NCBI GenBank assembly: GCA_965237955.1
Contig: OZ250169.1
Span: 4,288,001-4,352,000 of the forward strand
DNA: 64,000 nt
From: Candidatus Marinacidobacterales bacterium
GTDB taxonomy: Bacteria; Acidobacteriota; Vicinamibacteria; Marinacidobacterales; SMYC01
Reading direction: 5' to 3'
The notes below the pieces were generated by a model that saw only the letters and a program-made list of their open reading frames with translations, did no database searches and was not told the DNA's origin. Positions 46,292-55,237 of the stretch are shown here, piece after piece. Position numbers and translations under genes: made by a program. The first letter of the stretch is position 1; each line of letters opens with the position of its first letter.

Positions 46292-49004
46292 ATGACTCTC
46301 GAATCCGGCAGTCGGTTAGCGAATTACGCGATCGTCGAGCTCATCGGTAGGGGTGGTATGGGCGAGGTATACCGCGCCCGCGACGAGAGGCTCGGGCGCG
46401 ACGTCGCTATCAAGGTCCTGCCCGAAGAGTTTGCGAGCGACAAAGAACGACTCGCCCGGTTCGAGCGCGAGGCGAAGCTGCTGGCTTCGGTCAACCATCC
46501 CGGCATCGCGACGCTGCATGGTCTCGAAGAATCCGACGGCACGCAGTTTCTCGTTATGGAGATGGTGGAAGGGGAGACGCTCGCCGAGCGGATCGCCCGA
46601 GGACCGGTAGCTATCCAAGAAGCCATCCCGCTGTTCATCCAGATTGCCGAAGCCCTCGAAGCGGCGCACGAGAGGGCAGTCATCCACCGCGATCTGAAGC
46701 CGGCGAACATCAAGATCACGCCGGACGACCGCATCAAAATCCTCGACTTCGGTCTCGCGAAAGCGTGGCGAAGCGAAGCCTCCGCCGCCACTAGTTCGCA
46801 GTCGCCGACGCTGACCCGAGGAACTGCTGCCGGCGAAATCATGGGCACCGCCGCCTATATGAGCCCGGAGCAGGCGCGCGGTAAACCCATCGACAAGCGA
46901 ACCGATCTGTGGGCGTTCGGTGTCGTCGTCTACGAGACGCTAACCGGCAAGCGCGCGTTCAAGGGTGAGAACGTCACGGTGACGCTGGCCTCTCACGGTT
47001 CTCGTCGACGAACGACATCACCTCGGTCGGCGGGACGCCTTGCCGGCGGACACGCCGCCGTCACTGCGCCGACTGTTGCGTCGCACGCTGCAACGAGATC
47101 GCCGTGAACGCCTTGCCGATGCGGCAGACGCCCGCATTGAGCTAAAAGACGCGGCCGTGTCCGAGGACGCGAGCCATGCCACCCCGGAAACTGCGGCGAC
47201 GGGTTGGCCGAAGCTTTTAGCCGCTGCTGCCCTCGCTGCCATTGTTTCCGGCCTCGCGGTTTGGAGTAGCACTCGCACGAAGTCGCCTCCGGTTGCTCGG
47301 CTCATGATCTCTCCTCCACCTTCCGAGCCGATCCTGCTCGATCCGAGACGCTCGAGCCTTGCGATCACGCCCGACGGTACGATGTTCGTCTACCGCACCA
47401 ACGTTGACGGAGACCAGCAGCTCCGGCTCCGCCCTCTCGACGGCACCACGACAACCGTCCTCACGAGCTCGGAGAGTCTTTCCCTGAATTCGCCGTTCGT
47501 TTCTCCTGATGGCGACTGGGTTGGATTCGTCCATGGCCACGAGCTGAAGAAAGTCTCCATCCGCGGGGGCGCCCCGACGCCGATCTGCGCGATTCCGGGG
47601 GGAGTTGGGTTGGGTTTCAGCGGAGGCCTCCACGGCGCCAGTTGGGGAGACGACGGCTCGATCGTATTTGCCCTCGGTGGAGCTAGCCTAGGAAGCGGAC
47701 TGTTCCGCGTCTCTGCGCGTGGGGGTGAACCGGAAGCGTTGACCGAGCCTGAAGGGCTCGCTCACCACTGGCCGGAGATCCTGCCGGGCAGCCGCGCCGT
47801 GTTGTTCACGATTCGGCAAGGAGTTGATGCGCGCAATTGGAAGATAGCGGTGCGCTCGCTCGAAACCGAGCGAGAGGAAGTTCTCGTCCTCATCAATGGT
47901 GGGACCTTTCCCCGGGATTCCCCTACGGGCCATATCGTCTACAGCTTGTCGGGCCAGTTGCAGGCGGTCCCTTTCGATGCGAACCGTCTGGAGGTGACGG
48001 GTGATCCGGTAGCTCTGTCCCAAAGTGTATTGGAAACCGGTAGCGGCGCTGCCAACTTTGCACTGTCGAACAACGGAGTTCTCGCATCCTTGCCTGCAAC
48101 GCGGGGCGGTACATTCGAGAACCGGCTGGCTTGGGTGGATCGGCAGGGCGAAGCGACACACTTGCCCTATCGCTCGGAGTTTTACGTTGATGTCGCTCTC
48201 TCACCTGACGGTGAGCAGATGGCTGTCGATCTAGCCTCGACGACCGCTGACGCCGTCCGTGATACTTGGATCTACGATGTGGAGAGAGGCGCTCGTACGC
48301 GACTGACTCTGGAGGGAGGCGCGCATCCCGTGTGGACGCCGGATGGGAAACGGGTCGCGTTCTCGATAGTTAGCGTTGGCCTCTTTTGGCGACCCGCGGA
48401 CGGTAGTCGCGAAGCCGAGTCGTTGCTGATGGACGAACGGGTGTGGATGGGCAACTCGTGGTCACCGGATGGATCTCTCCTCGCGTTCACGAGCAGGGCG
48501 TCGGAAACTGGAGCCGACATCTGGGTGCTGTCTCTCGACGAGGGGCCCTCGCCGTTCTTGGCGACGCCGGCTCACGAAGATGGGCCGATGTTCTCTCCCG
48601 ACGGTCGTTTCCTAGCCTATGTTTCGGACGAATCGGGTATCGAAGAAGTCTATGTTCAGCCCTATCCAGGTCCCGGTGGTAAGGTCGCGATCTCCATCGG
48701 TGGAGGACGCGCGCCGGTGTGGTCACCGGATGGAGCCGAGATCTTCTATCGCGGCTTGAACCAGGCTCAGATGATGGCCGTGGCTGTGGCAACCGATCCA
48801 ACGCTCGAAGCTGGGCGACCACAAGCTCTTTTCGATGAGCTGTACCGTGCCATGGGACCAGGCGACCCGCACTACGACATTTCTCGGAACGGGAAACGAT
48901 TCTTGATGATCGACGAAAGGGTGGCGGAGAGTGGCATGCCAACCCAAATCATGGTCACCCTCAACTGGCACGAAGAGCTGCTTAGGCTGGTTCCGGTGAA
49001 TTGA
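46292..49004 (+). pseudogene. Hanks-type Ser/Thr kinase + TolB/PD40 beta-propeller, frameshifted at ~46990-47040
   Basis: GRGGMGEVY, VAIK, HRDLKPAN, DFG and YMSPEQ; the second frame continues LPADTPP...PD40 repeats (SPDG)...NWHEELLRLVP. Confidence 0.8.
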
Positions 49005-49040
49005 GTGGGGATGTGATGGACGCAGCTCGCGAAAGAACAT

Positions 49041-50556
49041 GAAAAACATTTCCGGTTAAGGCAGACTGGTGCGGTCCGGAGCGGTGAGATCGACGAACCA
49101 GTGGGGCCGTTGAGACCGTTCAACTGGCTGATCCGGCGTGTGCGTTGGTAGAGCGAATAAGTAGGCGTCGCCGTGAGCGCTTTGTCCACGGTGCGAGCCT
49201 GAGATCCTGATTAATGAAGTTGATTAGCACGCGCTCCGCTGCGGCGATGAGGAGGAGCGATGCCAAACCGGATTGCTGGGATAGACGTTCACAAGAAGAT
49301 GCTGGCGGTGGTGGTCGCCGACATCGCAGTAGAGGGCGAGTATAAGTTTTCGCGCCGGCGTGTGGGCACGAGACCGAGTGAGCTTCGGGCTCTGGCGGAG
49401 TGGCTGGTGGCCGAGGGGGTCGATGAAGTAGTGATGGAATCGACCGCGCAATATTGGCGCCCGGTGTGGGAGGCGTTGGAGCGGTCCTGGGCTCCGCAGT
49501 GCCGAGCTCGGCCGGGCGCGGGTGCGCAGTCGGGCAACTTGCATCTGGCGCAAGCAAAGTCGAATCGCGGCGCGCGGGGTCGGAAGCGGGATTTTCCGGA
49601 TGCCGAACGATTGGTGAAGCGTTTGGTGGCGCAGGAGCTGACTCTAAGCTTCGTTCCCGAGCCGGAGCAGCGCCTGTGGCGAACGGTGATGCGCCGCAAG
49701 TACCAGTTCACGCGTAACCGGGTTCAGCTCCAAAACCGCCTAGAGTCGTTGCTGGAGGAAGCGCATCTGAAGTTGTCGAGCCTGGTGTCGGATCTTCTGG
49801 GGCTGAGTGCGCGGCGGATGTTGCAAGCCTTGGCGGACGGGGAAACGGAGCCGGCCCGCTTGGCGGAGTTGGCCGACCGTCGATTGCGTGCCACGCCCGA
49901 GCAGTTGTGCGATGCGCTCGGCGCGTGTGCCGATCTCAACCCCGTCTATCGGAAGCTCGTGCAAATGACGCTCAAGGAATTACGATTGCTCGAAGAGCAG
50001 AGCGCGCAACTCGATGAAGAGATGGCGCATCTGCTCGGCGAGCATCAAGCAGCTGTGCAACGACTCGCTGAAGTGCCTGGGCTCGGCGTGGATTCGGCGC
50101 AGCAGATCATCGCGGAAGTCGGGGCGAGCGCCGAGACGTTTCCGTCGGCCAAGCACCTCGCGTCCTGGGTGGGCGTGTGCCCCGGAGAGCACGAAAGCGC
50201 CGGCAAAAGCTACAGCCATCGCTCGCCCAAAGGCAGTCGGCCGATGCGCCGCCTCCTCAATCAAGCCGCCAACGCGGCCGTCAAGACCAAAGGGAGTTTC
50301 TTCCAGCTCGTGTACCGGCGCTTGGTTCCACGCCTGGGGCACGCGCAAGCCATCTGGGCCGTTGCCCATCGGTTGTGTCGTTTAATCTGGAAGATTCTCC
50401 ACCAGGGCGTTGACTATGAGGAACGTGGCCCCAACGTTAGCCGCGCGCGCTCCAAACGACGCATTGCCAATATGATCCGCGACCTGCGCAAACTCGGATA
50501 TCACATCGAGCCTTCTCTACGGGGAGATCCAGCATGACGATAGATGTTTTTCGATC
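49041..50556 (+). mobile_element. IS110-family insertion sequence (ends approximate)
   Basis: Transposase ORF, ~220-nt structured left non-coding region and a 9-bp inverted repeat GAAAAACAT (49041) / ATGTTTTTC (50544). No obvious target duplication. Confidence 0.75.
49260..50537 (+). CDS. IS110 family transposase/recombinase
   Basis: DEDD residues GIDVHK, MEST and RDFPDA; C-terminal VPGLG..IIAEVG..FPSAKHLASWVGVCP..ESAGK. GAGGAGG SD. Confidence 0.95.
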   Translation: MPNRIAGIDVHKKMLAVVVADIAVEGEYKFSRRRVGTRPSELRALAEWLVAEGVDEVVMESTAQYWRPVWEALERSWAPQCRARPGAGAQSGNLHLAQAKSNRGARGRKRDFPDAERLVKRLVAQELTLSFVPEPEQRLWRTVMRRKYQFTRNRVQLQNRLESLLEEAHLKLSSLVSDLLGLSARRMLQALADGETEPARLAELADRRLRATPEQLCDALGACADLNPVYRKLVQMTLKELRLLEEQSAQLDEEMAHLLGEHQAAVQRLAEVPGLGVDSAQQIIAEVGASAETFPSAKHLASWVGVCPGEHESAGKSYSHRSPKGSRPMRRLLNQAANAAVKTKGSFFQLVYRRLVPRLGHAQAIWAVAHRLCRLIWKILHQGVDYEERGPNVSRARSKRRIANMIRDLRKLGYHIEPSLRGDPA

Positions 50557-50588
50557 CTGGTTCCAAGAGCTCGAGCGGCTCGTGCCGA

Positions 50589-52361
50589 CTAAATGATGAG
50601 GCGCACCCCACCGAGCTCGGCAAGTCCGTACAGGAAGTGATCCCCCGGTGAGGCGATGAACATGAAGTTCGTCGGAATTTTCCACTCTTTCGAGAGCTTC
50701 TTGACGAGCTTGGGGCCGAACTCGCCTTTGTAGATGACGAACTCGATGTCGATCTCGGGATAGGCCTCGTCCAGAAACTGGAGATCTTTCTTCAAGCGCG
50801 GTGGCACCTCTTTCTCGTCTTGCACCACCGTCACCACTTTGATGCGGTTGGTGTGCTCGTTGTTGCGGACGTAGAGCATCGCCTCGTTCAAGTTGCCGAT
50901 ACTGTCGCCGCGGGTGAAGAAGACCACCTGTTGCGAGTTGATCTCGTCGATCTTGTCGTGGATCGCCTTGTACACCGCCCCGGTCACTTTCGAGATGCTC
51001 TGAGTTGTCTGACGGATGAAGTAGAGGCTGACTTTTAGAATCCAAATGCGTCCAAGCATGATGAACGCGACGAGTACCGTCGGGACGAAATACACCATGA
51101 ACACCCAGAAGTACTCAGGATGGAGGACGTAGTTACCTATTAGGCCCAGGAACACGGCGGCGATGCCGAGGAGCACCGCCGGCCACGGCGCGGTCGACGG
51201 ACGCGGAAGCCGCGCGCGCTTCACCTTCAACAAGACGTTGCCGATCCCGTAGAGCGCCATCACCGCGAGGAACGAGATCGTGTAGACGCCCGCGAGGGCT
51301 GCGATGTCGCCCGAGGTGATGACGTGGACGGACACGGCCAACAGAAAAAAGCCGATGATGATCCGGTGCGTCGTTCCCCGGCGGTTGGTTTTGAGCAGAA
51401 ACTGCGGCAACACGCGGTCGAGCGTCATCCGTCTCATCAGTCCGTTGACGCCCACGAACGAAGTCAACACTGCACCGCTCAACACTAGAGTGGCGTCGAT
51501 GGAGATGAAATAGGCGAGCCAGTCCCCGCCGGCAATGCCGCCCATGTGCGCGAGTAAATCCTCGCGGTGGTTGTCGACTTCGGGGATGGGGACGATGGCG
51601 AGTGCCAGAAGCGCAATCGCGGGGTTGAAGACGCTCACCGCGGCCCACATGTTCCGGAGCGTTTTCGGGAACACCCCCTGTGCTTGCTCCTCGACGAAAT
51701 TTGACGAGCTCTCGAACCCGGAGATGCCGAGCATGCCCGCGGCGAACCCGAGGAACAGCGCTTCGGGAATACTCAGATCCGATGGTGCGTTCCAGTTGAG
51801 ATTGAACGTCTCGAGCCCGTTCCGGAATAGGTAAATCAAGATCACGATGAGAAGGAGCGTAAGGCTCGCCAGGTGAAGCAGGAAGATCCCGACAGCGACA
51901 CGAGACGATTCCTGGATACCGATGATCGTCAATGTCATGAAGATGCCGAGTAGAACAATGGTCGCGATGAAGACGTCGAGGCCGGCCCAGAGCGTATGCG
52001 CGTAGTGCATCGACACGCCTGCCGAAATGACGGCGGTCGCCATGTACGAGAGGATGGTGAGACACGCGGCGATCGAAGCCCAGCGTTTGCTCGTCGTATT
52101 GAGAAGCGCATTGTAAGCGCCGCCGTTGAACGGGAGCGCGCCCACGACTTCGGCATAGATGCCACGGAACAAGAAGAGCACCGCCGCGACGAGCGCGAGC
52201 GACACCGCCGCCCATTTGCCGCCCGCGATGATCGCGAGCGCGGAGACGTAGAGAACCGACGATGTGATGTCGTTGCCGCAGATCGCGGTGGCGGGCAGCT
52301 CTTTCAAGCCGCCGTATTTGTGTGCCGTGCTGCTCTTTCTCTGGGAGTTGCCGCTAGCCAT
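50589..52361 (-). CDS. APC family amino acid permease with C-terminal cytoplasmic domain
   Basis: CGNDITSSVLY, NGGAYN and ISGFESSSN motifs; about 12 TM helices. Confidence 0.88.
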   Translation of the reverse strand: MASGNSQRKSSTAHKYGGLKELPATAICGNDITSSVLYVSALAIIAGGKWAAVSLALVAAVLFLFRGIYAEVVGALPFNGGAYNALLNTTSKRWASIAACLTILSYMATAVISAGVSMHYAHTLWAGLDVFIATIVLLGIFMTLTIIGIQESSRVAVGIFLLHLASLTLLLIVILIYLFRNGLETFNLNWNAPSDLSIPEALFLGFAAGMLGISGFESSSNFVEEQAQGVFPKTLRNMWAAVSVFNPAIALLALAIVPIPEVDNHREDLLAHMGGIAGGDWLAYFISIDATLVLSGAVLTSFVGVNGLMRRMTLDRVLPQFLLKTNRRGTTHRIIIGFFLLAVSVHVITSGDIAALAGVYTISFLAVMALYGIGNVLLKVKRARLPRPSTAPWPAVLLGIAAVFLGLIGNYVLHPEYFWVFMVYFVPTVLVAFIMLGRIWILKVSLYFIRQTTQSISKVTGAVYKAIHDKIDEINSQQVVFFTRGDSIGNLNEAMLYVRNNEHTNRIKVVTVVQDEKEVPPRLKKDLQFLDEAYPEIDIEFVIYKGEFGPKLVKKLSKEWKIPTNFMFIASPGDHFLYGLAELGGVRLII

Positions 52362-52487
52362 GGAGGTCGGTTCGCATGTGCCTGGAGGTCATTCGGGTGA
52401 GAAGGTGTTTTCGAGTGGAATCAGACGAACAGATCATGGTAATCCTCTCATTACCGCAACGCAACCAATCCGAGAGGAGAGCCTTCT

Positions 52488-52880
52488 ATGCTCAATGCGA
52501 CCGCGCCGATACATCAGTTCATGACACGATCGCTGCCGACGGTGACGCCGGAAACCGCGCTCTCGGAGGCGCGGGAGTTGATGGAGGAGAATCGCCTCCG
52601 TTATTTGCCGGTCGTTAGCCGCGGGCGTGTCGTGGGTATTCTCCGCGCGCGTTCCCAGGCGGTTGTTGACGATTTTGGGGTTTTCACCGTCGATGAGGTC
52701 CAAGGCGCGATGATGGCAGGCCCGGCGTGCGTGCCGTCGAGCTGCCGTCTTCGCGACGTCGTTCACACGATGGCCCATGAGGCTATTGCCGTGGTGCTGA
52801 TCGTCGACGGGGCCGAGCTGAAGGGGATGTTCACCGATGTCGACGCGGTGAAGCTCCTGGCGATGGTGCTTTCAGAGTAA
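52488..52880 (+). CDS. CBS-pair domain protein
   Basis: FMTRSLPTV..ARELM..RYLPVV..VVGI...GMFTDVD. GAGGAG SD. Confidence 0.8.
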   Translation: MLNATAPIHQFMTRSLPTVTPETALSEARELMEENRLRYLPVVSRGRVVGILRARSQAVVDDFGVFTVDEVQGAMMAGPACVPSSCRLRDVVHTMAHEAIAVVLIVDGAELKGMFTDVDAVKLLAMVLSE

Positions 52881-52980
52881 CCTCTTCGTTTTGGGTTGTG
52901 CCTCGCGGGGAGGTCGCCTTCTTCGGCCTCGAAGTCGGAAGCGCCTTCGGGGAACGCCACCCCAACCCTAGGAGAGAGTT

Positions 52981-54084
52981 TCACGGAGGCTCGCTCGGGC
53001 ACTTCGAGCCGGGTGAGGGGGGCTTCCGCGCGAGCTCGATTTGGCCCGCGAGAAAATCCTTCATCGTCGTTCCTGCGGCTTCGAGCTGTTGCGGGATGAA
53101 CGATGCGGCCGTGAGACCAGGAAGCGTGTTGATCTCGAGAAACACGGGACCGTTCTCGTTCTCGGTTTCCTCAATGATGATGTCGGTCCGTGAATAACCG
53201 GCGCAACCCACGGCCTGGTGCGCGGTCATGGCGACGTGTTGCGCGGCCGCGGCAACCTCGTCGGATACGGGCGCCGGCGTGAGCTCGACCGTACCTTTCC
53301 CGAGATATTTGCCTTCATAGTCGAACGAGCAGCCCTGGTCGAGCTTCACCTCGGAGCAGGGAAGAGGTGTTCGCTCATCCTCGTCCCCATGCTCGACAAC
53401 ACCGACGGTAAGCTCGCGACCCATGATGAACGCTTCCGCCAGATGGGCAACGCCGCCGCCTTGTCGGATGGCGATGATCGCCGCATCGAGCTCGCGCTCG
53501 TTCTCGACGATACGAACCCCGTGACTTGAGCCATCCGCGACGGGCTTGACGACGACTTTGCCGTGCGTTTCGAAGAGCGCCGCAAGCTTTTCATGTGTTG
53601 CGGCATCGGCATCTACGATGCACGCGTCGGCCACTCGGATGTCTCGCGCGGCAACAACATCACGCGCGCGGACTTTGTCGAACGCGAGTCGACTAGCTTG
53701 CGAGCCCGATCCGGTGAAGGCGTGGCCAAGGGATTCGAGCTCGCCCTGTATCGTACCGTTCTCACCGGAGCCGCCATGGAGCGCAAGAAAAAAAACGGAG
53801 CCACCAGCCGAGTCGTCCCGAAGTGCCTGCGAAATACCCGACCACTCGATCTTGGACGCCGGGCTGAAGTCGTTCTCGAAAGGTCGTTCGAAGGAGAGAA
53901 GTTCCTCGGAGCTCACTTCGAGCACCGGTCCGCCGATCGTCCAATACCAAAGGCGCGCGTCGCGTAGGTGTGTTGCGACGTTCTGCGCCGACGCAACCGA
54001 TACGCGATGTTCGTTCCCATCGCCCCCGAAGAGAACGATGACGCGGTCGATGGCCGCGGCCGTCGGCCATCGGCCATCAGCCAT
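52981..54084 (-). CDS. ddl: D-alanine--D-alanine ligase (start uncertain)
   Basis: VLFGG..EHRVS, LHGGSGENG, VKP..GSS.GV, DYEGKY and EINTLPG motifs. Confidence 0.85.
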   Translation of the reverse strand: MADGRWPTAAAIDRVIVLFGGDGNEHRVSVASAQNVATHLRDARLWYWTIGGPVLEVSSEELLSFERPFENDFSPASKIEWSGISQALRDDSAGGSVFFLALHGGSGENGTIQGELESLGHAFTGSGSQASRLAFDKVRARDVVAARDIRVADACIVDADAATHEKLAALFETHGKVVVKPVADGSSHGVRIVENERELDAAIIAIRQGGGVAHLAEAFIMGRELTVGVVEHGDEDERTPLPCSEVKLDQGCSFDYEGKYLGKGTVELTPAPVSDEVAAAAQHVAMTAHQAVGCAGYSRTDIIIEETENENGPVFLEINTLPGLTAASFIPQQLEAAGTTMKDFLAGQIELARKPPSPGSKCPSEPP

Positions 54085-54102
54085 CCGCCGGCCTGTCGCG
54101 CA

Positions 54103-55122
54103 CTACGAGCATCCTAAGTGGGCTCGGGGGTTCTCTTCGTCGAGCGACGCGAGCTCTTTCACCAGCTCCTGTTCGCGCTCATTGAGCTTCTTCGGCACCA
54201 CGACCGTCAGCTTGGCGAAGAGATCCCCTTCGTCTGTGTCCTTCAGCTTGGGCATGCCTTTGCCCTTGAGGCGCAGCAGCCGCCCGTTCTGAGACCCCGC
54301 AGGTACTTTGATCCCGACTTTTCCGGACATCGTGGGCACTTCGATCTTGGCGCCGAGCGCCGCCTCGGCGAAGGTCACCGGCACGTCGACATAGAGGTCG
54401 TCACCTTCGCGCCGATAGATGTGATGGGGTCGCATCTTCACGTCGAGATAAAGATCGCCGGGACCGGCTGCGCCAGGTTCTCCTTTGCCGGCGACGCGCA
54501 CCTTCGAGCCGTCTTTCACGCCCTTCTTAAGGCGGACGTCTATAGACTGACCGTCGAGCGTGAGTCTCTTGGCCGTGCCGTGGAACGCTTCTTCGAGCGT
54601 GACTTCGATTTGAGCGGTGACGTCACGGCCTGGTTGCAGCGGTGGTTGGCCGAACCCCTGCGCTCCGCGACCACGTCGGACGCCGCGTCTCGTGCCCCGG
54701 TGACTGCCTCCCGCCTGGCCGAAGAGGTCATCGATATCGACACCGCCCCCAAAAAACGTTCTGAAGAAATCGGAAAACCCGCCGCCTTCGCCGCTCTCGA
54801 ACTCGACGTTGAAGCCCCCACCGCCGAAATCGGGAAAACCGCCAGGTGCGCCGGGACCTCCTGGACCTCCTGTACGGGGACGGGCGTATTGCTCGTATTG
54901 CTTCCAGTTCGCGCCGAGCTGGTCGTACTTACGGCGCTTGTCGGGATCCGAGAGGACTTCGTGAGCCTCGTTGATCTCCTTGAACTTCTGTTCGGCACCG
55001 AGGTCACCGGGGTTGACGTCGGGGTGGTGCTTGCGGGCGAGCTTGCGGAACGCTTGCTTGATGTCCTTCTCGCTCGCGTTCTTCGCGACGCCAAGAAGTT
55101 GATAGTAGTCCTTGTAGTCCAT
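54103..55122 (-). CDS. cbpA: Class II DnaJ protein (CbpA-like)
   Basis: MDYKDYY, HPD, G/F region and C-terminal domain; no Zn fingers. Confidence 0.8.
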   Translation of the reverse strand: MDYKDYYQLLGVAKNASEKDIKQAFRKLARKHHPDVNPGDLGAEQKFKEINEAHEVLSDPDKRRKYDQLGANWKQYEQYARPRTGGPGGPGAPGGFPDFGGGGFNVEFESGEGGGFSDFFRTFFGGGVDIDDLFGQAGGSHRGTRRGVRRGRGAQGFGQPPLQPGRDVTAQIEVTLEEAFHGTAKRLTLDGQSIDVRLKKGVKDGSKVRVAGKGEPGAAGPGDLYLDVKMRPHHIYRREGDDLYVDVPVTFAEAALGAKIEVPTMSGKVGIKVPAGSQNGRLLRLKGKGMPKLKDTDEGDLFAKLTVVVPKKLNEREQELVKELASLDEENPRAHLGCS

Positions 55123-55137
55123 CTTCTAGGCCGCGGC

Positions 55138-55205
55138 GCCATCCGCCATCGGCCATCGTCGCCCACTCGGATCTCGCTGATGGCTGATGGCTGATGGCTG
55201 ATGGC
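55138..55205. repeat. Inverted pair of heptamer tracts (GCCATCS)n / (GCTGATG)4
   Basis: Lies in the lon-cbpA intergenic region. A similar tract is at 54066-54085. Confidence 0.7.
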
Positions 55206-55237
55206 GGCAGCTAGACCACGTATGCATCCGAACGAGT

